Source: an uncultured delta proteobacterium
Lineage (GTDB): Bacteria; Desulfobacterota; Binatia; UTPRO1
Reading direction: 5' to 3'
Assembly (NCBI GenBank): GCA_963774015.1
Contig: CAVZDH010000001.1
Coordinates: 451,064-515,063, forward strand
DNA length: 64,000 nt
Positions within the stretch are counted from its first letter, which is position 1. Every line of letters starts with the position of its first letter. The notes under the pieces were generated by a model. It was not told the origin of the DNA. It was given only the letters and a program-made list of their open reading frames with translations, and did not search any database. The position numbers and the translations under genes were made by a program. Shown in pieces: positions 56,701-64,000 of the stretch.

Positions 56701-59008
56701 CGAAGCGACCGTCGGCAGAGAGCGCCGGAATTACCGAGTGGCCGTCGCCTTCGAGGCCGCCGGGCCCGACGCTCACGCGCTCGGTCACGCCCGTCCCGAG
56801 ATCGTGCACGAAGACGTCGATGAAGCCGTTGGTGTCGCCCCCCGGCCCGAGCAGGTTGGTCGCATCGCTTGCGAAGGCGACGTGCTGCCCGTCGGCCGAG
56901 ATGGCGACGAACCCCGAACCTACGAACGGTGTGCCGTTGGCCTCGAGGCCGCCCGGGCCCACGCTCACGCGTGTCGTCGTGCCCGCCACGCGATCCCGGA
57001 CGAAGACGTCCTCGGCTCCGTTCGTATCGCCGCCCGGTCCGAGGAGATTCGCCGACGTGCTGGAGAAGGCGACGTACCGACCGTCTGCCGAAATGCCGAG
57101 GCCTGCGTTCGTCGAGCCGCCGCCCGCGCTCGCCTCGACGCCGCCCGGACCGAGGTTCGCGCGCCCGGTCGTCTGCTGCGCCGCTCCCGTCTCCGGCCGC
57201 CGGTAGAATACCTCGCCGCTCGCCACCATCAGGCCCTGCCCGTTGATCCGCGGCGCCGGGTCGACGACGCGCGGCGGGCTCAGGCTCGCGGTCACCTCGC
57301 CGGCGCCGAGCTTGAAGACGCGCAGGATCGCGTCCGCGCGGTCGTAGTCGCCGTTCTCGTCGCAGTAGTTCTGCGCTGCCTCCGACTCGAGGAAGGCGAG
57401 GACGTCGTTCTCGACCGCGACGGCGGGGAACGAGAACACGCCGTCCTGCACGCGCACGGCGGCGCGGCCCTCGGGCGTACCGGCGAGGCCGCACGCGGGG
57501 AGCGGCGCACCGCCGACCGCGAAGCCGTCGGGTGCGCCGAGCGGCTGCACGACGCCGGTCGCGCGGTCGCGGAGGATCGCGACTGCATCCAGCAGATCCG
57601 TGTCGCCGTTCCGCTGCACGCCGTCGATCGCCTCCTCGACGACGAACGAGCGAAGGTCCGGGCTCGCGGCGAGGCCGTCGAGCGGGACCGGCGTGTTGGC
57701 CTGGATGCTGTAGCCGACGCAGGCGTTGAAAGCCCCCGGGCAGTCGCCCGGGCCGCTGCACGCTTGATAGGGCGTGAGCTGGCAACGACGCGGGGCCGCG
57801 CGGTCGAGGTAGAGGCCGCCGGCCGTGCTCGCGCCGGCAAGGTCGTAGAGCGCGCCGCAGGGCGCGGCACCGCCGCAGTCGCCGTCGGTCGCGCAGGGGA
57901 GCGCCGGGTTGCCGACGCAGCTCGTCGCGCACGTTCCGCCCGGACAATCGAGGATGGTCGCGCAGCGCGCGCCCGCGTTCGCGCCGGCGCTGCACGTACC
58001 GTGGTGGCGCGCGACGCGGAGGATCGTGTAGGGCGCGTCGGTCGAGCCGAAGAAGCGCACGAAGTCGGAGGTGCTCGCCGATTGATCGAGCTGGGGCTCG
58101 AAGATCGGTCCGAGACGCTTCCCTTCGGGCGTGAAGCTCGTGAGGAACACTTGCGCCGGGATCTGCACCGGGAAGCCCACCGGCGCGCTGATCGCGGTGC
58201 TGAGGAGGCGCGGCACCGGTACGCGCGCTTGCGGCACGAGGATGCCTTGCCAGGCGATCGGCATCAGCACGTTGCCGCTCGCGTCGAGCGCGGCGCGGAG
58301 TTCCGGCGCCGTCGGGTTGCAGGGCGGGTCGAGGAAGCAGTCGCGCTGGTAGTCGTTCGGCGGCGGCAGCGCGGTGAAGCTCGCGAACTCGGGGTTCGGG
58401 ATCCCCGTGCCGCAGCTGCCGTCGTTCACGAAGAAGTCGTCGATGCAGGCGACCAGCCCGCTCTGCGCGGCGCACGGCACCGCCGCCAGGTTGCAGGGGA
58501 GCGGATCGGTGCGGCGCGTGACGGCGATCCGCGCCGGACCCGCGAGTGTGCGGTCGTCGCTCGGGGTGCCGACCGCGTCGTCGGTGTCGGGGAAGCGGAA
58601 GCCGAGCTCCACGTGCCCTTCGCGCTCGACCGTCGCGAGCCCCGCGGTCGCGTCGGCGACGCACGCGAGCATCGCGGGCGGGAGGTCGCAGGCCGCGAGC
58701 TGGTGTGCGAGCGCGTCGCAGTCCGCGTCGGGCGAGAGCACGCGGAGCGCGTTCGTGCCCGATCCCGGGAACGCCACCGTCACGACGTAGTCGCCGGTCG
58801 TGAGCGAGAGGCCGGGCGACCCGGCGGCGTCACAGGAGCGGAGCGCCACCGCGACGCGCTCGCCGGGCGCCGCGTAGGGCCGGTCGGTCGTCCCGAGGAC
58901 GCCGTTGAAGGAGGCAGTGGTGCCAGGGATCAAGTTGCACCCGGCCTGCACGATGCGCGGCAGGGCGAGCAGCAGCAGGATCGTCAAGAGCGAACGGGCG
59001 GCCCGCAT
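53759..59008 (-). CDS. Giant secreted protein (1749 aa): TolB-like beta-propeller repeats, thrombospondin type-3 calcium-binding repeats, myxo-type cysteine-rich repeat and conserved C-terminal domain
   Basis: Signal peptide MRAARSLLTILLLLALPRIVQAG; 9 or more tandem ~53-aa repeats (ISADGRYVAFSSTSANLLGPGGDTNGAEDVFVRDRVAGTTTRVSVGPGG); TSP3-like DADDDGVPDAQDDCPEAFDPSQSDTDGDGTGDACD; Cys-rich CGDGVLELAEECDDGNTASGDGCSSDC; C-terminal domain shared with the 5129-6851 protein. Confidence 0.85.
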   Translation of the reverse strand: MRAARSLLTILLLLALPRIVQAGCNLIPGTTASFNGVLGTTDRPYAAPGERVAVALRSCDAAGSPGLSLTTGDYVVTVAFPGSGTNALRVLSPDADCDALAHQLAACDLPPAMLACVADATAGLATVEREGHVELGFRFPDTDDAVGTPSDDRTLAGPARIAVTRRTDPLPCNLAAVPCAAQSGLVACIDDFFVNDGSCGTGIPNPEFASFTALPPPNDYQRDCFLDPPCNPTAPELRAALDASGNVLMPIAWQGILVPQARVPVPRLLSTAISAPVGFPVQIPAQVFLTSFTPEGKRLGPIFEPQLDQSASTSDFVRFFGSTDAPYTILRVARHHGTCSAGANAGARCATILDCPGGTCATSCVGNPALPCATDGDCGGAAPCGALYDLAGASTAGGLYLDRAAPRRCQLTPYQACSGPGDCPGAFNACVGYSIQANTPVPLDGLAASPDLRSFVVEEAIDGVQRNGDTDLLDAVAILRDRATGVVQPLGAPDGFAVGGAPLPACGLAGTPEGRAAVRVQDGVFSFPAVAVENDVLAFLESEAAQNYCDENGDYDRADAILRVFKLGAGEVTASLSPPRVVDPAPRINGQGLMVASGEVFYRRPETGAAQQTTGRANLGPGGVEASAGGGSTNAGLGISADGRYVAFSSTSANLLGPGGDTNGAEDVFVRDRVAGTTTRVSVGPGGLEANGTPFVGSGFVAISADGQHVAFASDATNLLGPGGDTNGFIDVFVHDLGTGVTERVSVGPGGLEGDGHSVIPALSADGRFVVFASDATNLLGPGGDTNGNRDVFVRDRLLGTTERVDVGPGGAEPPSGSGEWPAISADGRYVAFTSTASNLLDPGLDTNGVSDVFVRDRQTGANERVSIGPGGIESNGASGFSRVTMSADGRFVAFESGASNLTAEADVNGATDAFVHDRLTGVTTLVGRGPGGTSPDAPPTDVTISPDGRYVAFYSSATNLLGAGLDTNGAGDIFLSDRESGVTTRVNVGLAGEEATGGGGTVNGFLGLSRDAREVAFLSDATNLVGVGNDTNGFRDVFVHGTDPADPLGADALFADGALDDTVLEVLDSASATTTTLCPADDVAVASDGTAVFLRPESAVGTGACPGGSLNPPDADTTDDVVQLWEGGSVVNLARAATAVAASTSGLAALVSECGTAGAVTTGCPDGGTDLNGDGDAGDDVVAVNALPGATAGSWISTGQAGEALAINGDVVGFLTSEAVQGGALLNADVDATDRVLQVYSLAGTPLACTPTGPGAPSCTAGVRVAADDFVLGAPAVTTCGARQLVAFSANEAAENATNLNGGVGVPADVDTLDDVLQVYDAVSGELKNVRQAVTPCRLAACDPREPYKIDGSKVTFLTLEAEQGGQDLSVEGFPGDLVIQVYDFCTETVTVIGRVDPGGQDPLRVPEDTRVFLAPAGRCDLAIPCGVDADCGAGSFCDLDTCATATGTCTRYTGLACATDVDCRRCILRQPATCRPEVTTPPDCPSGASCLPTLVTAVTTPADADDDGVPDAQDDCPEAFDPSQSDTDGDGTGDACDVQTCGDGVLELAEECDDGNTASGDGCSSDCLRECAPAPLAGCRLPAVAGKASLLLKDKSPDAKDQLAWKWARGAVTTKADFGQPLTTDRYELCLYDATGLVTTAIVPPGGFCAKGKACWREKKTGFDYKDGDLTPDGVAQLQLREGLVAGKAKIQVKGKGDRLDMPPSLAALLSPVRVQLVNHATGTCWESVFSAPFKKQDATTFAAKAD

Positions 59009-59058
59009 CGGGATGTCCTCCAGAGTGCACGAGCGACGAAGCGGAGCCCGAGCACGAA

Positions 59059-59108
59059 GCAGATCGAACCTATCGAGGTGAAAACGTCGGTTCACGCACA
59101 AAGACTGC
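59059..59108. repeat. Left copy of ~50-bp imperfect direct repeat flanking a lower-GC cassette
   Basis: AGCAGATCGAACCTATCGAGGTGAAAACGTCGGTTCACGCACAAAGACTG vs 60071-60120 AGCAGATCGAATGACATCGAAGATTCGAACGTCAGTTCACGCAGAGATTG (~80% identity with small indels); on the minus strand the stop TGA of the right copy corresponds to CGA in this copy. Confidence 0.6.
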
Positions 59109-59383
59109 TCGAACCTTTGCACAGCCTTGGCTCCCTGCCAAAGAAAACGGCGACCAAGAACCTGCGCCAATTTAGTGCAACGAGAATCGCGGTCAGAGTT
59201 CTCGCGAAAAGCTTCGACGGACGTCTCCCCGCCGCTGCCGTCATCATCGTGTCCCGCGGCGTCGGCACCGGTTTGGCGAGGCGAAAGTGTCATCAGTCGG
59301 CCAGCGGTCTCACGGCGAGGTGCAGTGAGTTCTCCGAGCAGGTCGCGGAAGCCCCCGAGCGGTGGTCACGCCACTACCAAAGC

Positions 59384-59767
59384 TTACTTGACGACTTCAT
59401 TTATCTGATAGGACAAGGTCGTATAGCCGGCCCCAGAACCGGTAATCGCGGTAGCTGTGCAAAGGTTCGGGACACACCAAATTTCGCTTTCCTCGTAACC
59501 CACAGTACTGGAAGATAGTTCTTGAAGATTGCAGTCATAAAGCTTCACCGTGACTTGGCAACTCGTTCCCCCCGCGATGGTGACGCACGTGACGGGCTTC
59601 ATCGGCTTCACGGTACGGAACAAATATTTGCTTGTCCCACCGCATGCTATGGTTGCGTCGGCGCCTCCAATGGTTAGCCCTCCAGGAGAAAGGGCCCAAG
59701 CCGCGCGGAAGCTCGTCGCGATGGTCAGCGTGATTGCTACGCACAACATGATCGATCCATGCCTCAT
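59384..59767 (-). CDS. Small secreted hypothetical protein encoded in lower-GC cassette
   Basis: Signal peptide MRHGSIMLCVAITLTIATSFRAAWA; GAGGGAG RBS 7 nt upstream; 6 Cys in mature part; local GC ~55-58% vs ~70% surroundings. Confidence 0.5.
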   Translation of the reverse strand: MRHGSIMLCVAITLTIATSFRAAWALSPGGLTIGGADATIACGGTSKYLFRTVKPMKPVTCVTIAGGTSCQVTVKLYDCNLQELSSSTVGYEESEIWCVPNLCTATAITGSGAGYTTLSYQINEVVK

Positions 59768-60070
59768 TGTGATCTCCCTCTCGGCAAAACGTGTCCGGGC
59801 CAAATACAATAAGCGAGTCGCGACGAACCTCTTCGAACGCCAGGGCATTACGACCTCCTTTTGATTGGGCTGGTGTGTCGCGCTGAGGCGCGTGGTCGGT
59901 GGTTCCATGCTCGATCAAGGGGTGTAGAGTCGACATGAGAATTCTCCGCGGGAACCCGCTGGAAGCGGCTTTGGGCCCCTTGTCCGTCGACGAGGTAGTG
60001 AGGGATCGAGCGCGCATGCGGATGTCTTCCCCAGCGGCGTTCCGCGCAACGCACCAATGCGCAGACGCCG

Positions 60071-60120
60071 AGCAGATCGAATGACATCGAAGATTCGAAC
60101 GTCAGTTCACGCAGAGATTG
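60071..60120. repeat. Right copy of ~50-bp imperfect direct repeat (overlaps the 3' end of the 60102-62771 gene)
   Basis: See 59059-59108; this copy includes the terminal codons (NLCVN-stop) of the adjacent secreted protein gene. Confidence 0.6.
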
Positions 60121-62771
60121 GATTTCTGGATCGTCAACTTTCCGTAGCCGCGGTCCGCGAAGAAGCCGTCGACCACGAAGAAGTACTTGTGTCCGGAGAG
60201 CAACGAGATCTCGGTCTCCTCTCCTTTGCCGCCGTCGGGACAGTCGAAGTTGTCGTTGAAACAGCGCAGCTCCGAGCCCGTGCAGGTGTGGAATTGGGGA
60301 TCCTCGTCGCGGGCATACAGCTCGGTGTCGAAGTCGCTACGGCACGTCGTGAACTCGTAGCACCCGTCGCTTGACGGCGTGAAGCTGAAGACCTTTTCCG
60401 GGCCGGTGGTGCCGGTGACGTCGCACGAGCCGTTCTGCGTCGAGGCTCCCGAAGTTTGGGCTCCGACGATGACGACCGGGTATGGGTCGGCTTGCGACCC
60501 GGGGACCGCGCTCGGGATCGCGTAGGCGTTGCCGCACGTGCCGCCGCCTCCGCAGCCGCCACCGCAGTCGACGCAAAAATAGTCGTACTCGTCGACGACG
60601 TCGCCGCCGCGGGTGTCGCCGTTGTTGCAGCCCGCGTTCGGGAAGGTGCCGCAGTGCGCCTTCACACGTGTCGTTCCATCGACGCGGAGCTCCGCGCCGT
60701 AGATGTAGCCGTTGGCGCCGTTTTGGACCTTGACGTTGAGCACGTTCTCGCCGCAGAGGAGGGCGCTCGAAACATCGGCGAATCCGGTATCCTGTCCGTA
60801 GCTCGTTGCGGACAGGACCGGCTGCCCGTTGAGAAATGCGTCGATGCGATCGTCGGTGTCGTAGAGCCGAAGCGTCGCGACGTGGGGGGTGGCCGTGACG
60901 GTGGGTGTCGGCGTGCGGGTGGCGGTGGCGCTCGGCGTGAGTGTCGGCGTCGGCGTGCGCGTCGCCGTTCGAGTCGGAGTCGACGTCGAGACCGCAGTGG
61001 CGGTTGCGGTCGTGCTCGGAGTCGCAGTGCGCGTAGCGGTGACAACCGGCGTGGCCGTGATCGTCGGTGTTGCCGTCGGAGTCGAGACGGTGGTCGTCGT
61101 GGCCGTCGGCGGCGCGGTCGGCGTGGCGACGGGTGTCGTGCTAGGCGTCGGCGTGCTCGTCGGCGTCGTCGGCGGAGCGTCCGGATCCATCACGACCAGG
61201 AGCGGCGTGTACGCGCTCACCTCGCCGTCGACGCGGGTCGCGAGGCCGAGGGTGAAGGCGCAGGTCGGGAGCGGATCGAAGAACTCGACGTCGAGCTCGT
61301 CCTCCACTTCGGCATCGGGCGTCGGCGGCGGCTCGAGCTCCACCTCGAAGTGATCGGGATCACCTTGACCGTCGAGCAAGGTCACGATCAGCTGCGGCGG
61401 TTCGGTGAGCACGCCGGCAGCGGCTCGCGTCTTCGAGCCTCCGAGCGTGTAGCGGAAGGGGATCTTTGTGAGTGGACCGAAGGCTGGTCGGGAGACGAAG
61501 CTCACGGATCTCGGTGCACCGGGCCTCGCGAGCGGCGCGCCCGAAAGTCGGAGGCCGATCGTGGTCGAGCGCCGGATCGAGCGGATGATCTTCAACAAGC
61601 TGCCGAAGACCGAGTGCGGCGCCGCAATCGCCGGCGCCGCTTCGGTCAGTGCGGGACAAGTGGCAACGAGGTCCGGGGCGATCGCGCCGAGGCCGACCGT
61701 GTCGTCGAGGTCGGCGACGCGCGGTAACGCCTGCTGCGCGCCTTCGGCAGCCGAGCAGCGGGCCCGACGCGCGAGGCAGTCGGCGAGCGTTCCCGGACCC
61801 GTGACCGCCGGGACGCCGAGCGCGGTGCATGCCGGTTCGAGCGCTGTGAGGTTGAGGCCGTTGTCGGCCAGGAGCCGCGTGAAATCGACCACATCGGCCG
61901 CGCACTTGCCGTTTGTGAAGGTTTTCGTGAACCGCGTCAGGAGGCCGGCGATCTTCGCCGGCTGCTGGTTGCACGTCGTCGTGGTTTTCCGCTGGCAGAT
62001 CGTCGCGTCCTTGCTCGTCTGGGCGCACTCGAATGCCTTGGTCGCGCAACGAAGCAGGCTCTTCTGTACGCCGACGAGCAGCGTCTCGAGCGCATGGCTC
62101 GCCGCCTTGGCGCACGCGTTCACGGGCGTATCGTCGGGAGGCACGACGAAACAATCGCCGCAGCCCGGATATCGCGGCAGGCCATCGACCGTCGGCAGCG
62201 GCAAAGGCGCGTCGGGGAGAAGGTCGAGCAACTCGGCGCTGCGGGGCGCGCCGCGACCGTAGAGATCCGCGGCGGCGCGATCGGGGAGGCGTACCAAACA
62301 GGCTGCGAGCGGTGCGATGCCCTGGCAGACGTCGAGGCCGAGATCGCTCCGGCATCGGCTGGCGAGACGCCCGAGGCCGAGGCCTTCCTCTTTCAAAAGG
62401 TCCACGAGGTGCAGCTTCTCGTGACAGCTGGCGTTCGTGACGATCTTCGCCGCGAGCGCCGTCAGCGTCTTGTCGGTGCTCGCGAGCTTCTTCGCACAAC
62501 GCGCCGCCACCTTTCCGAGACACGTCGCATCGTCCCCTTTGGTCTGTATGCATGCCAGCGCGCCTCCGATGCACGTGTCGAGCACGTGCCCACGCTGCTG
62601 CTCTATTTTGGTGCTGGTTTTTGCGATCAACTTTTGACACGCGATCGCGGCTTTGCGTGCGAGCACGGTGGAGAGACCAGCGCTCGCGGTCACTCCGGCG
62701 GCTGGCGTCGTGAGGACGACGACTGCTGCCGCGAGGACGAGGCCGACGACCCAGTTCCTGCTCATTCTCAT
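60102..62771 (-). CDS. Secreted protein with Cys-rich helical N-terminal region, Thr/Pro-rich linker and C-terminal pre-peptidase-C-terminal-like domain
   Basis: Signal peptide MRMSRNWVVGLVLAAAVVVLTTPAAG; ~95-aa TP-rich low-complexity linker (TPTSTPTPSTTPVATPTAPPTATTTTV...); C-terminal Cys-containing beta-sandwich-like region. Confidence 0.7.
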   Translation of the reverse strand: MRMSRNWVVGLVLAAAVVVLTTPAAGVTASAGLSTVLARKAAIACQKLIAKTSTKIEQQRGHVLDTCIGGALACIQTKGDDATCLGKVAARCAKKLASTDKTLTALAAKIVTNASCHEKLHLVDLLKEEGLGLGRLASRCRSDLGLDVCQGIAPLAACLVRLPDRAAADLYGRGAPRSAELLDLLPDAPLPLPTVDGLPRYPGCGDCFVVPPDDTPVNACAKAASHALETLLVGVQKSLLRCATKAFECAQTSKDATICQRKTTTTCNQQPAKIAGLLTRFTKTFTNGKCAADVVDFTRLLADNGLNLTALEPACTALGVPAVTGPGTLADCLARRARCSAAEGAQQALPRVADLDDTVGLGAIAPDLVATCPALTEAAPAIAAPHSVFGSLLKIIRSIRRSTTIGLRLSGAPLARPGAPRSVSFVSRPAFGPLTKIPFRYTLGGSKTRAAAGVLTEPPQLIVTLLDGQGDPDHFEVELEPPPTPDAEVEDELDVEFFDPLPTCAFTLGLATRVDGEVSAYTPLLVVMDPDAPPTTPTSTPTPSTTPVATPTAPPTATTTTVSTPTATPTITATPVVTATRTATPSTTATATAVSTSTPTRTATRTPTPTLTPSATATRTPTPTVTATPHVATLRLYDTDDRIDAFLNGQPVLSATSYGQDTGFADVSSALLCGENVLNVKVQNGANGYIYGAELRVDGTTRVKAHCGTFPNAGCNNGDTRGGDVVDEYDYFCVDCGGGCGGGGTCGNAYAIPSAVPGSQADPYPVVIVGAQTSGASTQNGSCDVTGTTGPEKVFSFTPSSDGCYEFTTCRSDFDTELYARDEDPQFHTCTGSELRCFNDNFDCPDGGKGEETEISLLSGHKYFFVVDGFFADRGYGKLTIQKSNLCVN

Positions 62772-62925
62772 TCGCGATCCGGATGACGGCGCGTCGCTGT
62801 CGCGACGCAGAAGAAACTCTCCTCCTCTCACGAGGTGTGAAAATCGTGGGAACAGATGTTCCACGAGCTTTCACACCACTCTCGTCAGAACGCTCTCGCG
62901 CGGATGCGGGAAGGAGCCGAGACGT

Positions 62926-64000
62926 ATGACGACAACGAAGGTGGCTTCCGGAGCCGTGGGCCTCGCGATGCTGCCGGCGCCAATCGTGAGCGCGGCCATC
63001 GAACGCGGGATGCGAGGTGCGCGCGCTCGGAGCCGGGGCAGCGCCGGATCCGGACGGTTCCTGGCGGTCGCCTGCCTCGCGGTGGCGCTGCTCGTGGGTC
63101 GTCCGGCGGCAGGCGACGCAGCCACCTTCGTGGTGGACAGCACGCTCGACGTCGCCGACCTGACGCCGGCGGACGCGCTCTGCAAAACCCCGGCCGGCGC
63201 CTGCACGCTGCGGGCGGCGATCCAGCAGGCGAATACGCTGGCCGGCGTCGACACGATCGAAGTGCCCGCCGGCTACTATCAGCTGACGATCGCCGGTACG
63301 GGTGAGGATCTCGCCGCGACCGGGGACCTGGACGTCACCCAGAGCGTCGTCATCCGCGGCACCGGAGCCCCCGGAACCGTCACCATCGACGGAGGCTTCA
63401 TCGACCGCATCTTCCACGTTACGAGCGCCGGCGCGACGGTCACGATCGATGGGCTCTGGATGTACTACGGCGACGCGGGCGTGGACGTGGGCGGCGGCGT
63501 CTACAATGCAGGCACTCTCACGCTCACGAACTGCGTGGTCGTGGCGAGCCGGGCAGGCGCGGGTGGAGGCATCGAGAATGCCGGCGTGCTCATCGTCGTC
63601 GACAGCCTCGTAGGCGGGAACACGGTCACGGCGGGTTCGGGCGGCGGTCTCGAGAACGAGTCGGGCGCAACCATGACGCTGCGCCGATCCACCGTGGTGG
63701 ACAACGAAGCTTCCCCTTACGGCGGCGGCGGCATCGCCAATTTCGGATCCATCGAGGTGGCCGAGAGTCTTCTGACGGACAATCGGGTGCCGAGCGGCGC
63801 CGGTGGCGGTGGCTTCGCTACCGCGACGACCAATCCGTCCGTCCTCACGAACACCACCATCAGCGGCAACACGATCGACGGATCGGGGAGCGCCGGCGCG
63901 GGAATTCTCCTGGTGGGCAATGCACCGGCGACGCTCAACAACGTAACGATCGCCGACAACCATGGTGCTTTTGGATCGACGGGCGGTGGCATCGGGGCGA
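62926..64000 (+). CDS. Secreted CSLREA-type N-terminus / parallel beta-helix repeat protein (3' end beyond window)
   Basis: Read directly from sequence (not in ORF track because no stop in window): MTTTKVASGAVGLAML..., signal-like AVACLAVALLVGRPAAG, then ALCKTPAGACTLRAAIQQAN followed by repeated beta-helix strands (GGGIENAGVLIVVDSLVGGNTVTAGSGGG). Confidence 0.7.
   Translation, partial: MTTTKVASGAVGLAMLPAPIVSAAIERGMRGARARSRGSAGSGRFLAVACLAVALLVGRPAAGDAATFVVDSTLDVADLTPADALCKTPAGACTLRAAIQQANTLAGVDTIEVPAGYYQLTIAGTGEDLAATGDLDVTQSVVIRGTGAPGTVTIDGGFIDRIFHVTSAGATVTIDGLWMYYGDAGVDVGGGVYNAGTLTLTNCVVVASRAGAGGGIENAGVLIVVDSLVGGNTVTAGSGGGLENESGATMTLRRSTVVDNEASPYGGGGIANFGSIEVAESLLTDNRVPSGAGGGGFATATTNPSVLTNTTISGNTIDGSGSAGAGILLVGNAPATLNNVTIADNHGAFGSTGGGIGA

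Noticed and set aside
55886-59518. 1210-aa plus-strand ORF
   Set aside because: Antisense to the giant secreted-protein gene, whose own frame shows signal peptide and tandem domain repeats; this frame is Arg/Ala/Gly/Asp low complexity.
60890-61180. DNA-level tandem repetition in the 60102-62771 gene
   Set aside because: Explained by the Thr/Pro-rich low-complexity linker (ACx/CCx codon runs) rather than a separate repeat element or array.
61360-63963. 867-aa minus-strand ORF
   Set aside because: Overlaps the better-supported 60102-62771 gene in another frame and is antisense to the CSLREA-type gene at 62926 onward; Arg-rich, no motifs.

Overview
High-GC (~70%) bacterial chromosomal segment, probably from a Myxococcota/deltaproteobacterial-type genome (myxo-type cysteine-rich repeats, CSLREA-type N-terminus, hopanoid genes, many large secreted repeat proteins). 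All calls rest on reading the six-frame translations and the raw sequence by eye; no database search was run. Left to right: an O-methyltransferase and MFS transporter; a divergent oxyR-ahpC pair followed by an ahpF remnant with a large internal deletion; a secreted IPT/TIG protein; a hopanoid-associated cluster (hpnI, a CDP-alcohol phosphatidyltransferase, hpnJ, an HpnL-like membrane protein, hpnK); a TolC/HlyD/ABC efflux operon; a metal ABC permease/ATPase operon co-oriented with a rhomboid protease; a beta-helix protein and a pectate-lyase-like lipoprotein; an acyl-CoA dehydrogenase/HAD/ABM cluster; a detoxification-type block (DoxX, GST, FAD monooxygenase, TetR); a ClC channel; several large secreted repeat proteins. 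The main accessory region is 45758-51095: an IS1-family element bounded by 24-bp inverted repeats and a 10-bp flanking direct repeat, carrying a putative DUF5615/DUF433 toxin-antitoxin-like pair, with an IS200-type element inserted in its left repeat and a group II intron abutting its right repeat. It lies between a heavily frameshifted H+-pyrophosphatase gene and trmO. A second candidate insertion is a lower-GC cassette at 59109-60070 flanked by ~50-bp imperfect direct repeats. The window has an unusual number of gene remnants and frameshifted genes, which points to genuine gene decay or to indel-type assembly errors. The most novel-looking candidate is a tightly coupled operon of a 1749-aa secreted beta-propeller/TSP3 protein, a cNMP-binding protein with an unrecognised N-terminal domain, and an ICMT-family membrane methyltransferase. 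No rRNA, tRNA or CRISPR array was recognised.
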